From sequence record NC_015251.1: a stretch of DNA of 64,000 bases; one strand, written 5' to 3'. The notes under the pieces were generated by a model. That model was not told the origin of the DNA. It did not search any database and worked only from the letters and a program-made list of their open reading frames with translations. Below, piece after piece: positions 9,066 to 18,455 of this stretch; positions within the stretch are counted from its first letter, which is position 1, and each line of letters opens with the position of its first letter. Both the position numbers and the translations under genes were made by a program.

Positions 9066-9515
9066 TTATGCTGGAAGGAGCCAGAAAATTCCTGAGAAAG
9101 TAGCAGTAATTACAGCAATAACCAATATTGCAGAAACTACAATCATGACATTGAGCTTCTTATTTTGAGCTTCCCTATCATCGGTCGTCATATCTTCCCA
9201 TTTGGTAATAGATTCATCTAGATCTTTCACACCATCGATACCAGTTTCCAGATATACAAGAACAAGGGGGTTTTCATACGCCTTACCCAAGATCCCTACC
9301 CGATCTGATGCTAGATTATGAAGCTGAACCCATTGGAACAGAACAACACTCAACGCGCCTAGTAGAATTGGACCATACATACTAGATGCAAACAACGAAC
9401 CAAGTGAAACCGCGACAAAGAATACACCCCAAGAAACTAGAGAGTTTTTACTAAGTTTCTCTTTCTCTTCTTTAATACGAAGCTTTACTTTTGTAATTCG
9501 AGCCGGACTAACCAT
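9066..9515 (-). CDS. membrane protein
   Basis: Three hydrophobic segments. Confidence 0.7.
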   Translation of the reverse strand: MVSPARITKVKLRIKEEKEKLSKNSLVSWGVFFVAVSLGSLFASSMYGPILLGALSVVLFQWVQLHNLASDRVGILGKAYENPLVLVYLETGIDGVKDLDESITKWEDMTTDDREAQNKKLNVMIVVSAILVIAVITATFSGIFWLLPA

Positions 9516-9525
9516 TTTATCTTCC

Positions 9526-9966
9526 TTAGAATAGAGTAATTACATAATGGATACAAGATGTAAACAAAAATACCAAAATAACGTCAACGCATGTCAAAAA
9601 GATCATTGAACGATTCGCCAGACGTTTTACTTCTGAATTATCCATATTATTGATAATATCTGAATCAAGTGATTTAAATTTCATCATCTTCAATAAATAT
9701 GGGTGACCGTATTTAGGGCCAAATTGGATCTCTCGCTCTTTCCCAAAACGTCTATACATAATCAAATCTACTAACGAGTATATCAATGCAGCGGCAATAA
9801 AGAATGAATATGGTGATACAATACCATTCACAATTAGAATAATCGCAAGAATAAAAACAATCGAAGATGATACAGCGAAATTTCTCCATCCATATATTTT
9901 ACTACATTCTTCTTTGTACAAATTTGAAAATTTTTCATTATTAAATATCATTTTTCTTAAGCCCAT
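9526..9966 (-). CDS. membrane protein
   Basis: Three hydrophobic segments, layout similar to neighbour. Confidence 0.7.
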   Translation of the reverse strand: MGLRKMIFNNEKFSNLYKEECSKIYGWRNFAVSSSIVFILAIILIVNGIVSPYSFFIAAALIYSLVDLIMYRRFGKEREIQFGPKYGHPYLLKMMKFKSLDSDIINNMDNSEVKRLANRSMIFLTCVDVILVFLFTSCIHYVITLF

Positions 9967-11293
9967 TTTTAAGTGTAGATAGATCTTTCAGATATTCTTT
10001 CTTAGAGTTTGTATTCTTCCAGTAATCGAGATCTGAAATTGCCTGTTCGTATTCTTTATTAAGACGCGCTATTTCGTCATCGGTCATGTTGAATATTGGC
10101 ATACCAACAACTTTGTCAGAAAATATAGCCAATTCCGGTTCCATCAATCCTTCAACCTGTTTTATCATAGCTTTCTTTGGTTGATTGAAATTAACTTTAC
10201 CATCGCGAGCTAGGCGGATGAATTCAACCCGAGCTTTAAGTTCCGGAATTTTTTTGGGAATCACATCAATCATATTTTGGATACGTTGATCCACAATAGG
10301 AAGTCGATAATTTATAAAATCTGCGATTAATTCGCGAGAGTGTTTATAAATTCTCAAATCCATTTCTTGAGTTACCATATTTGAATATGGACCAATTGTA
10401 ACTAGGGTAGGATTGATGTTCTCACGTAGATCAAATTTGGCCATGATATTTTCGTGAGATGTGTCAAAATCCCGTTTCAACGTTACTCGGAACGTGAAAT
10501 CACCCTCACCCTCAATCTCATCATAACCAACAATCTGGTCTGAGTCAATCAATTTATTCCGTATGGATACATACTTAATCCGGTCATAGCTAAATGGAAT
10601 ATCTTTAATTGTTAGCTTGGTTTTACCTTGCAACTCATAAACACCCTCGTTTGTCCATTGTTCATTGTCGGGAGTGTTTACCTTACCAATAAAAGACGGA
10701 TATTTAACTTTAGGATTATCACATTTACCAGTTTTTACATATTTTACACATTCATCAATAACACTGTGAATGTCATGGGGAGGAATGTTTGTAGCATATG
10801 CGGATGCAATACCTTTAACCCCATTCAACAAAACAAATGGAATAACGGGTAGGTAAAATTTAGGAATAGAGTATGAAACGATTTCGTTATCCAAAAGCAG
10901 ATCTTCATCTTTGAAAATATCATGGAAGTTGCTATTCAACTTACAAAAAATATATCGCGGTTCTGCTGCATCACGATTAGCACGGGAACCGAAGTTTCCT
11001 CTACCTTCCAACACCGGATAGTTGTTAGCGTATTCAGTTGCCATTTTGGAAGCAACATCAAAGGCTGAGGTTTCCCCGTGGGGATATCCATAATCTGACA
11101 ATACACCACACAAATAAGCATTTTTCTTGAATCCGCACTGGCATGTTTTAATCGCAGAATACAAAACGAATCGTTGAGACGGCTTTAGACCGTCAATCAA
11201 TGACGGGAGCGCCCGATTAACAATAACGTAGAAAGTAAATTCTTTCGCCTCGTTATCAATATAACTTGAAATAGAACGTTCAACTATTTTCAT
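9941..11293 (-). CDS. 52: DNA topoisomerase II medium subunit (gp52)
   Basis: RALPSLIDGLKPSQR, YPHGETS, GNFGS, AAEPRY (catalytic Tyr), GIASAYATNIPPH. Confidence 0.97.
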   Translation of the reverse strand: MKIVERSISSYIDNEAKEFTFYVIVNRALPSLIDGLKPSQRFVLYSAIKTCQCGFKKNAYLCGVLSDYGYPHGETSAFDVASKMATEYANNYPVLEGRGNFGSRANRDAAEPRYIFCKLNSNFHDIFKDEDLLLDNEIVSYSIPKFYLPVIPFVLLNGVKGIASAYATNIPPHDIHSVIDECVKYVKTGKCDNPKVKYPSFIGKVNTPDNEQWTNEGVYELQGKTKLTIKDIPFSYDRIKYVSIRNKLIDSDQIVGYDEIEGEGDFTFRVTLKRDFDTSHENIMAKFDLRENINPTLVTIGPYSNMVTQEMDLRIYKHSRELIADFINYRLPIVDQRIQNMIDVIPKKIPELKARVEFIRLARDGKVNFNQPKKAMIKQVEGLMEPELAIFSDKVVGMPIFNMTDDEIARLNKEYEQAISDLDYWKNTNSKKEYLKDLSTLKNGLKKNDI

Positions 11294-11304
11294 TAATACC
11301 TCTT

Positions 11305-11514
11305 TTAAATGAAACTCATAATCAACCAAAAAGCCGCGACATAGAAAATTGAGTCGCCAATTTTTCCAATAAAATGTTGATTCACAGATCGACCAACAAT
11401 CAAAAGGTGAATTTTTGTAAAAAAATTACCAAATCCATATGGGATACCCCAGATAATAAAATACAGACCGGCAACAATAACATCCCAACTTTGACTAAAG
11501 ATAAATTCTTTCAT
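11305..11514 (-). CDS. small membrane protein
   Basis: Two hydrophobic segments; sits between ndd and 52, where T4 has ac/stp. Confidence 0.6.
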   Translation of the reverse strand: MKEFIFSQSWDVIVAGLYFIIWGIPYGFGNFFTKIHLLIVGRSVNQHFIGKIGDSIFYVAAFWLIMSFI

Positions 11515-11528
11515 GATAGTTTCCTTAT

Positions 11529-11933
11529 TTACGAAGCCATACGACCGTGGATAATAAATTTGTTTCGAACCTTACCGATCAATTCATGACCGTTATTCAT
11601 TTGTCCATATTCTTCCAAATCAAGAAGATTCCGGACTTGATTAAACTTCAAGAAATACAGTTTAACACTCTTCCCACTCAAAAGATAGTCTTTTACTTCT
11701 CGGGCCTGACCTGTGCGTGGTTTACGTAGTCGGATCATAGTCTCCCCGAAACCACGGCGGCGTTGTTGGTTCCCTACGTGGGTAGCATACACAACCGAGC
11801 TGTTTGGTGCTGCAATAAAGTAGAAACCTTCTTTAAGAATATCACCAGTCTCTTGAAGATTGATACCAGTAAAGTTACCAACAACAACAGCCCCATGTTT
11901 AATAATCTCTTTAGTTGTCAAATTCTTTTTCAT
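11529..11933 (-). CDS. ndd: nucleoid disruption protein Ndd
   Basis: GAVVVG, GFYFI and VGNQQRRRGF match T4 Ndd (GATVIG, GFYFL, VGNQRSKQGF); syntenic with 52. Confidence 0.85.
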   Translation of the reverse strand: MKKNLTTKEIIKHGAVVVGNFTGINLQETGDILKEGFYFIAAPNSSVVYATHVGNQQRRRGFGETMIRLRKPRTGQAREVKDYLLSGKSVKLYFLKFNQVRNLLDLEEYGQMNNGHELIGKVRNKFIIHGRMAS

Positions 11934-11944
11934 AATTAATCCTA

Positions 11945-12193
11945 TTAGCTCCAAAGGTATAGTAAGAATAACCCAAAAAATATACCAAGTACAGTAAAAA
12001 TTGCCGCATGGGGTGTATTTAAAAGGTCTTCATGGTCAAAATCTTCTACCCATATGGTACGACCATAAAACTCACTATAAACCCGTTTCATCTTCACGCG
12101 ATTCCCATGAATAACGACTTCACCATTATTCACATCAATTTTGTCAATAACATTAGACATATAAACCTCATACGTTACGAATGAAAAATACAC
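11945..12193 (-). CDS. hypothetical protein with C-terminal TM
   Basis: Packed ORF; likely start 12160. Confidence 0.6.
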   Translation of the reverse strand: MYFSFVTYEVYMSNVIDKIDVNNGEVVIHGNRVKMKRVYSEFYGRTIWVEDFDHEDLLNTPHAAIFTVLGIFFGLFLLYLWS

Positions 12194-12413
12194 CGTTCTT
12201 TACCAGAACATGATTAAGATTGTATATATTCATAGCCTGAGTGTCAACATGTTTTTTAACTCGATACTCAACATTTTTTGTATCACGGTTTACATGGAAA
12301 GAGTAAACCCAATCCTTAACCTTCATAGACAACACAACACATCCATCTAGATCCGGTTGTTGTGTATAACCATCAGCCTTTTTAATATTAATGAACTGTT
12401 CGATAGGAACCAT
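12168..12413 (-). CDS. hypothetical protein
   Basis: GAGG RBS. Confidence 0.7.
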   Translation of the reverse strand: MVPIEQFINIKKADGYTQQPDLDGCVVLSMKVKDWVYSFHVNRDTKNVEYRVKKHVDTQAMNIYNLNHVLVKNGVFFIRNV

Positions 12414-12476
12414 AGCTAAAACCTCATAGGACTGCGTAGAATCGATTATTGGAATGAATATAAATAACGACTCAAG

Positions 12477-12544
12477 TTGATTTATAAATCAAATGGCGAG
12501 CGATAGAGAGTCCCTAACGGGTGTTCGTCTACGACTCACCATTT
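12477..12544. other. structured intergenic element (16-bp perfect palindrome plus multi-stem hairpin)
   Basis: TTGATTTATAAATCAA 12477-12492; AAATGGCGAG/CTCACCATTT stem enclosing TAGA/TCTA and CCC/GGG stems. Confidence 0.6.
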
Positions 12545-12608
12545 CTAATTATAAAGTCTCTATTAATATATTATAGAACTTTATACTTTGATTACACTTG
12601 AAACTAAC
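12542..12608. repeat. 67-bp AT-rich repeat, copy 1
   Basis: 65/67 identical to 50478-50544; internal inverted repeat ATAAAGTcTCTAT/ATAGAACTTTAT. Confidence 0.9.
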
Positions 12609-13071
12609 CAATCACCTTTTTGACTAGGGAACCATCAAACATCATACCTTTAGAGGTAGCGGCTTTCTTACAAGCCCCCATGATTTGACCGATATTTGCC
12701 CCCTGCATAGAGTCAACCACTTCTTTGATTTGGGTTTCATCAAATACTTGTGGCAGATAACTCATATACATCTGGCGCTCAATCAGCAACATGGTGATTT
12801 TAGAGCATTCTTTCAAAACATCAACAGCTTTCTCAAAGCTGCGTAATGGTTGTATCACCCCAAGCTGTTCCAGAGTCTCATCTAGATTCTTCACAACTTC
12901 CGAACAATTTTTCTGTACATCTTCATCAGACACGACTGAATTATGACCAGAAGGAGATGCTTCACCGATCAGAGTAGTCAAGGCGTTGATTTTCATTTTA
13001 CCAACGTGAGTTGTACGTTCTTCAGATTTACGAAGAGTGATTTGGTCTTTCTTAATTTTCTCAAGCAGCAT
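12604..13071 (-). CDS. GatB/YqeY-like protein
   Basis: LEKIKKDQITLRK..LTTLIGEA..VSDEDV..YLPQ..ANIGQIMG pattern. Confidence 0.75.
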   Translation of the reverse strand: MLLEKIKKDQITLRKSEERTTHVGKMKINALTTLIGEASPSGHNSVVSDEDVQKNCSEVVKNLDETLEQLGVIQPLRSFEKAVDVLKECSKITMLLIERQMYMSYLPQVFDETQIKEVVDSMQGANIGQIMGACKKAATSKGMMFDGSLVKKVIG

Positions 13072-13318
13072 TTATTACACCTTTAATATATTTTATAGTG
13101 GATTTGAGGACTTCTAGATCTTCTTTACATAATTGTTCTTCTACCCATGTAAAGAATATACGAACTTCATTTGCTTCCATTGCATTCAGCGGTTTCTGAT
13201 GCATAGCACGGTTATAAACCGCTTCCATTGCATACTGAGATGGATTGGTAACACAAACCCACTCTAGATAACGAGGGTAAAGTTCATAAAATTCATGCAT
13301 GTTCAGTCGAATAATCAT
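13061..13318 (-). CDS. hypothetical protein
   Basis: Packed ORF. Confidence 0.65.
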   Translation of the reverse strand: MIIRLNMHEFYELYPRYLEWVCVTNPSQYAMEAVYNRAMHQKPLNAMEANEVRIFFTWVEEQLCKEDLEVLKSTIKYIKGVINAA

Positions 13319-13345
13319 GGCAGATCCTTTTTTAAATGGAGATAC

Positions 13346-13375
13346 ATTTTACTATCAAAATAAATTATTTGTCAA
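13346..13375 (-). promoter_or_regulatory. putative early promoter
   Basis: TTGACA-18-TAAAAT. Confidence 0.5.
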
Positions 13376-13536
13376 TCAGTATCTTTCAGAAATTTTATAT
13401 CATCTTCCGCAATTGATTTCGCATTTTCCAAACGGTCATATTCACCCCGTAGAATGTTTTCTATTACCATTGCATCAATTCGGTCTTTCATATTCAGAAT
13501 TATATTTCTGATTTCAAACGCATGTTCTATGTTCAT
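13372..13536 (-). CDS. hypothetical protein (54 aa, MNIEHAFEIR), not in ORF track
   Basis: Fills the gap in the co-oriented array. Confidence 0.55.
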   Translation of the reverse strand: MNIEHAFEIRNIILNMKDRIDAMVIENILRGEYDRLENAKSIAEDDIKFLKDTD

Positions 13537-13548
13537 ATTAAATACCCA

Positions 13549-13926
13549 TTATTTGCAGGAAATGAACCCATAACCACCGGAAGAAGAACCAACCCACATA
13601 GCGGCCTTCCAGTTGGAAATGTGCCCACGAACATACTTAGAGGCACCTTTCCAGCCATTGGCCTTGTGGATGTTCCCATTTTCCAGATTAACAAACCAAA
13701 CCACGGATCCGGTAGTTTCCTCACGACCATAGTCATGCATCACGATGCGAACGAATTTCCGGCCTTTATCGTAGGAGTAGGAACGGCGGTTAAGGTTATG
13801 TTCGATGAAAGACGCTACGTGATCCTCGTCATAACGAGCCCGCATTTCAGGCAGAACACGATTAAACCAGTTATCTTCAGAGAAGGCATTCATTTCAGCA
13901 ACCATAACTTCGATTTGATTCATCAT
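13549..13926 (-). CDS. conserved phage hypothetical protein
   Basis: GRKFVRIV..FVNLENGNIHKANGWK motif recalled from a common phage family; GGAG RBS; promoter upstream. Confidence 0.75.
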   Translation of the reverse strand: MMNQIEVMVAEMNAFSEDNWFNRVLPEMRARYDEDHVASFIEHNLNRRSYSYDKGRKFVRIVMHDYGREETTGSVVWFVNLENGNIHKANGWKGASKYVRGHISNWKAAMWVGSSSGGYGFISCK

Positions 13927-13964
13927 ATTAATTCTCCTAATGGGTGTCTTGTCTCAACAGGGAT

Positions 13965-13993
13965 AGTATCTCATTTCTACTTAGGGATGTAAA
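13965..13993 (-). promoter_or_regulatory. early promoter cassette
   Basis: TTTACA-17-GATACT; 21 bp shared with 62779-62799. Confidence 0.7.
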
Positions 13994-14279
13994 CCCTTTT
14001 TACAAGATTTTTTGTCAATTTTAGTTCTGAAACTATAACGTCAAAATATGCCTGACGTATGTGATGATTGTTTAACTCGAATGCTTCTCCTATGAGAACT
14101 TCATATTTATCAAGAAGATCCCGAGCGCGATTTATTGCCTGAAAAGCAAATGTACTATATTCAAAGAAATATGAAACTAGTTCTGAAAAAATATCGTTAA
14201 GAAGCAAATGACCATTTCCTGTGTATTTGCATTCATTTTCGAAAACTTTTATTGCACTATCTATTTTACTGACGATCAT
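13977..14279 (-). CDS. hypothetical protein
   Basis: Packed ORF. Confidence 0.65.
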   Translation of the reverse strand: MIVSKIDSAIKVFENECKYTGNGHLLLNDIFSELVSYFFEYSTFAFQAINRARDLLDKYEVLIGEAFELNNHHIRQAYFDVIVSELKLTKNLVKRVYIPK

Positions 14280-14281
14280 AA

Positions 14282-14596
14282 TTATTTCCCCAAGTTGATG
14301 TAAGCAGCACGAAGATTACCAACACAAATGTCAATATAGATACTGAAATTTTCAGTAATCTCTCCGTCATTTGCAGCACATTCTTGGTAGGATTCGTTCA
14401 ACTCTTCTATGGCCTTTGCTACATAATCTGATGACTTACATGGACCCATCATACACATAAGGTCTTTCATATTGCTGGCCGTATTTACGAAAGTAAAAGG
14501 TGAACTAGTTCCGCTGACTACTTTAGCGTTAACCATTACCAGTTCTGATTGAATATCCATAATGGCTTCACGAATAGATTGCATAGTTACTGTCAT
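14282..14596 (-). CDS. hypothetical protein, paralog of 17530-17838
   Basis: C-terminal IDICVGNLRAAY vs LDMACVNIRAAL; AGGA RBS. Confidence 0.7.
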   Translation of the reverse strand: MTVTMQSIREAIMDIQSELVMVNAKVVSGTSSPFTFVNTASNMKDLMCMMGPCKSSDYVAKAIEELNESYQECAANDGEITENFSIYIDICVGNLRAAYINLGK

Positions 14597-14610
14597 AATA
14601 TATTCCTTTT

Positions 14611-14632
14611 AAAATGAGGGGCCATTCCCCTC
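14611..14632 (-). terminator. probable intrinsic terminator
   Basis: GAGGGG/CCCCTC stem then short T-tract on minus. Confidence 0.55.
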
Positions 14633-14668
14633 TCAACAAGATCCATATTATCAGAATGATTAGTGGTG

Positions 14669-14875
14669 TCAACGCTTCAATTCAACTTTTTTACAAATTT
14701 CGTCATATCGAGTCTTATATAGACTATGCCAATGCTTATAAACAGGATCTGGATGAGATTCCAGTTGAAATTCGATCATATCAAGCATCATCATAACATT
14801 ATCCAAAAGATATGCCTGATCTTCCAGATCCATAGGTGAAAATTCAATTCCTTGGTTTGTAGAGAAGTGTTTCAT
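14669..14875 (-). CDS. hypothetical protein
   Basis: Packed ORF. Confidence 0.65.
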   Translation of the reverse strand: MKHFSTNQGIEFSPMDLEDQAYLLDNVMMMLDMIEFQLESHPDPVYKHWHSLYKTRYDEICKKVELKR

Positions 14876-15423
14876 TTGAATACATCATCCATTGTGAAGT
14901 TGATAGAACCTAAAGCCTGTTTTATCATTTCGAGGGTTTTAAACACAGGAATAACCTCATGTTCATCAAGACCTCTGTGGCGGTACATATGATGACGGAT
15001 CATCATATCGATTGTACTACTGGTAATTGTCTTGATATCACTAGGATATTTTTCCCCAATATACCGTTTATATTCTTTAATGAACCATTCGAGGGAACGA
15101 TGTTTTGTGCGTTTCAAAAACTTGGTTGGGATTGAAATTGTCATTTCAGAAGTGATCCATACTTTTGTAAACAAAGTATAACCGACCATTTCCTCTTCTT
15201 CTCTAACAAATGCTTTATGTACAGAGTCCCCAATTGAAGAATTTGGTTCGAATTCCCAACAAGATATAATACCATCAATGTTTATCTCAATAGTACCTTT
15301 TTTGTGATCAACTACACAATATTCTGGGTTAACTATCTGAGAATCTTTATGTGATTCCGTCTCACCGATCCACACAACCCATTTACTAAGGAACGTACCA
15401 TAATGAAAATAACCTACTTTCAT
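14872..15423 (-). CDS. hypothetical protein
   Basis: GGAG RBS. Confidence 0.7.
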   Translation of the reverse strand: MKVGYFHYGTFLSKWVVWIGETESHKDSQIVNPEYCVVDHKKGTIEINIDGIISCWEFEPNSSIGDSVHKAFVREEEEMVGYTLFTKVWITSEMTISIPTKFLKRTKHRSLEWFIKEYKRYIGEKYPSDIKTITSSTIDMMIRHHMYRHRGLDEHEVIPVFKTLEMIKQALGSINFTMDDVFK

Positions 15424-15452
15424 AACTATTCTCCATCAAATAAGCTGGGGGT

Positions 15453-15827
15453 TTAAACCCCAGCGATAAACTTACGAACTGCATCTTGCTCTTGCTTACT
15501 GAGAGACTTAAACGCTTTAATTGCGTTGTGTTCTTCAGAAGTCATTACATTAGCCAGTTCAACAGTTTTTGTGATTTCATAGGATCCATTGTCGAATGTT
15601 TGATAAGCATCTTCACCGATTACGATAGCATCCCCAACTAGAGTACGTTCCGTGTTGTTAGCAAGAATCTTTGTGTTAATTTCTTTAATCTGAAAGTATT
15701 TTACGGTTGTTGGAACCAGATTTGCATCAATACAATATTGTATTGCATCGCTTGGGCGAGTGCATGTGAAATATCCCAATTCAACCGAATGACCATCAAC
15801 CATCGCACTTAGATAAACCATTTTCAT
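15453..15827 (-). CDS. hypothetical protein
   Basis: AAGGA RBS. Confidence 0.7.
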   Translation of the reverse strand: MKMVYLSAMVDGHSVELGYFTCTRPSDAIQYCIDANLVPTTVKYFQIKEINTKILANNTERTLVGDAIVIGEDAYQTFDNGSYEITKTVELANVMTSEEHNAIKAFKSLSKQEQDAVRKFIAGV

Positions 15828-15833
15828 AATTCC

Positions 15834-16208
15834 TTATAGGTTAATTTCGTTATAACCAATTAGAGACAACTTCTTAGCTTTCTTATGGTATACCAGTTGA
15901 CGAATAAGGTCAACTTCTTTTATATGATTTCGGATATATACATCAAGATCCATCATAGAACTGGCGGAGATTTTAACACCATTTACAACCCGCCCCAATG
16001 GCATACATACGGTATCAAACACGTTAGTACATAAGGTACGTGCTTCTTGCCAAGATATATTTTTCATTGCCTTTTGTTGGACACCATGAACATCATAATA
16101 ACCAGTCCACCCTTTCCCGTTATTTGGAGAATAACCAATCAGACACATCATATGATCCATATGACCCATTACAACACCGGCACTAGGCCAATTTTCGAAA
16201 GTTTTCAT
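15834..16208 (-). CDS. hypothetical protein
   Basis: Packed ORF. Confidence 0.7.
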   Translation of the reverse strand: MKTFENWPSAGVVMGHMDHMMCLIGYSPNNGKGWTGYYDVHGVQQKAMKNISWQEARTLCTNVFDTVCMPLGRVVNGVKISASSMMDLDVYIRNHIKEVDLIRQLVYHKKAKKLSLIGYNEINL

Positions 16209-16630
16209 TTAATTTCTACCCATTTATTATTTTCATGATACATCGAATCCGACTCTCGGAAGAACACCGGAAGATCTTTAAATTCTTCTACCAACTGACC
16301 AGCAATCATTTTCATGATATCGATACCCTCTGGATTATGACCGAGGGAGATATAAACTTTTTCACCTTCGTAAACAAAACCATCAACTTCCTCTTTTTGA
16401 GGAATTGAACACATAAACATACCACGTTTTCCGCTTTCCCCATTAAAAACGATATGAAAGCTTTTGAAATCGTATGAGTGAATTTTTGCAAACCCACCAA
16501 CACCTATCTCGGCTCGATTTTTTGCATGGATACGTTGTGTCAGTTGATGAACCACATGACCAATGTCAGTAATGTTCATGTTATGGTTACTAATGTCAAC
16601 AAAAATAGAAGAACTCACGCTCATAATCAT
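16205..16630 (-). CDS. hypothetical protein
   Basis: AAGGA RBS. Confidence 0.7.
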   Translation of the reverse strand: MIMSVSSSIFVDISNHNMNITDIGHVVHQLTQRIHAKNRAEIGVGGFAKIHSYDFKSFHIVFNGESGKRGMFMCSIPQKEEVDGFVYEGEKVYISLGHNPEGIDIMKMIAGQLVEEFKDLPVFFRESDSMYHENNKWVEIK

Positions 16631-16636
16631 TTCCTT

Positions 16637-16999
16637 TTATTTAATCAAAATTTCGTTTGCGTATGTCATACCACAACATTCACACTTCATTACCTCTACC
16701 AACTGATTATCTACTACTAAGATAGATGAAGTCAATGATTTTCCTGAGTGAGTACATACATTATAATCAATTGCATTGGAATCCTGAAACATCTGTTGAC
16801 TTAGTTCCAATCCAAGATCGGTTGTGTATCGGTCTGCTGATTTATGTGATATCGATACTTTATAAACCTGACCACTATCATAAGTGTTCCATTCTATGGA
16901 AAACCCTAATCCTTTCAACCTCTGACAATTTTCGTGTTCGTAAAACCGTTTACCATTCGCTTTAGAAACGATACCTTTGAACTTCAATGTTTTCATCAT
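16637..16999 (-). CDS. hypothetical protein
   Basis: Packed ORF. Confidence 0.7.
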   Translation of the reverse strand: MMKTLKFKGIVSKANGKRFYEHENCQRLKGLGFSIEWNTYDSGQVYKVSISHKSADRYTTDLGLELSQQMFQDSNAIDYNVCTHSGKSLTSSILVVDNQLVEVMKCECCGMTYANEILIK

Positions 17000-17017
17000 T
17001 AATTATTCCCTTAGATT

Positions 17018-17245
17018 TTAATGAACCAGAGTTTTGGATTTCTTGGTGATTACTGTAACATCTTTGTAACCATTTTTACGAACGCCTGAAGCGACCGACA
17101 GTGTTTTGTTACCGTTACTTGTGGCCGTTACGGTACGAGCCCAACGCTTTTCAGAAGTAGTACCGTTATCGGTCATCTTACCGAAAGAAGCTTGACGAGC
17201 GGCGGCGCGGGTAGAGAAGAAAACTTGTACGTTAGGCATGGTCAT
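17018..17245 (-). CDS. small basic protein, paralog of 39719-39937
   Basis: FFSTRAAAR..FGKMTDNG..KRWAR..GNKTLSV..GVRKNG..VITKKSKTLVH, nearly the same as its paralog. Confidence 0.8.
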   Translation of the reverse strand: MTMPNVQVFFSTRAAARQASFGKMTDNGTTSEKRWARTVTATSNGNKTLSVASGVRKNGYKDVTVITKKSKTLVH

Positions 17246-17308
17246 TTCCTTTTTCAATGGGTTTCGTTTCAACAAGGACAGTATCGCATTATCTGGTTTC
17301 GTAGTCAA

Positions 17309-17519
17309 CTAACTTTCACTAATAATTTCAAAGAAATCATATTCGTCAGGGGAAATATAAAATTCTTCGTTTTCCCAACCGTGACCTTTCACATCTACAT
17401 GAAAACGGGAGAGATTGATAGGTTTCTACCATTGCTTTGTTGTGGTTGTAGACGCCCGAGTCCATACCATGTGTCATAAAGTTTTTCATACAACATTCGG
17501 ATTTGAATTTGATTTTCAT
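17309..17519 (-). CDS. MKIKFKS-family protein (one-base frameshift)
   Basis: Removing one T near 17395 gives MKIKFKSE..FYISPDEYDFFEIISES. Confidence 0.6.
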
Positions 17520-17529
17520 AACAATTTCC

Positions 17530-17838
17530 TTATTTTTGGGAAAAGTAAAGTGCTGCACGTATATTCACACAAGCCATATCAAGATGGATACCACGAAGAT
17601 CGTTTTCGTAATAATCATCACGTTCGAAAACATTAAGAGAGTTTTCAATATCACCCAAGGCTATATCAATATACTTTCGGATTTCAGTATATCCACATCC
17701 AAGAGAGATATAGAGGTCTGACATACTAAGCATCAGCTCCCGATACGTATCCTTTGTGGCCTTATCTTTGTTCAATTTCACTTCCAACATCTTGATAGAG
17801 TCAAATATAGAACGGAGTGAAGTTGTGATATTGTTCAT
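17530..17838 (-). CDS. hypothetical protein, paralog of 14282-14596
   Basis: AGGAG RBS; promoter upstream. Confidence 0.75.
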   Translation of the reverse strand: MNNITTSLRSIFDSIKMLEVKLNKDKATKDTYRELMLSMSDLYISLGCGYTEIRKYIDIALGDIENSLNVFERDDYYENDLRGIHLDMACVNIRAALYFSQK

Positions 17839-17854
17839 AATTAAAATCTCCTAT

Positions 17855-17903
17855 GGGTTTCTGTCTACGGGATTAGTATCTCAAAAAATCTCACCCATAG
17901 CAA
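17855..17903 (-). promoter_or_regulatory. early promoter cassette with 30-bp repeated leader
   Basis: TTGCTA-17-GATACT; 17855-17884 identical to 39963-39992 and 40504-40533. Confidence 0.8.
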
Positions 17904-18210
17904 TAGGTTTCTTCAAGAATTTTTCATATTTTTCGAGTTCTTCATATACCATTTGTGTGATGTACCCGATACTACATTTTCGGTTACGATGAATCGCTCC
18001 AGTAACACGTACATAACGAGATGCAGAAAACTTGAATGCTAGGTCTGGGTTTGTTCCATAAACCAGTGATAAGATCTGATTATGCTTAGTAGCGCCCTTA
18101 ACGTGTTGATGTACGAGCACTGAAAGCTGTTTTTTAAGTTCTGGGGTAGACTCAACAACTGTCATCATCTGGCCGAACTCTTGATTATTCAGAATTTCAT
18201 TATTAGTCAT
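17881..18210 (-). CDS. hypothetical protein
   Basis: GGAG RBS. Confidence 0.7.
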   Translation of the reverse strand: MTNNEILNNQEFGQMMTVVESTPELKKQLSVLVHQHVKGATKHNQILSLVYGTNPDLAFKFSASRYVRVTGAIHRNRKCSIGYITQMVYEELEKYEKFLKKPIAMGEIF

Positions 18211-18420
18211 GGTAATTTCTCCAATTTCAATGATTAAACAAAACTATAACATAAATCCATAAAGATATAAACAATGTAAGAATGGAAATTCCAGTCAAAC
18301 CCCCAGAGGAATCCTTTTTTCCGGACCATTTAGATATAAAAACACCTATTAGTCCCAATACAATAACAACTAAGATCTTTATGATTTCAATCATAAGTAT
18401 TTCCTTCCTTTCAACAAAAA

Positions 18421-18450
18421 GAGTATCCCACGAATGGGATACTCAGTCAA
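18421..18450 (-). promoter_or_regulatory. promoter/stem-loop (PeSL-like) cassette
   Basis: TTGACT-17-GATACT; perfect 10-bp stem GAGTATCCCA/TGGGATACTC then T-tract on minus. Confidence 0.85.
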
Positions 18451-18455
18451 CTAGT

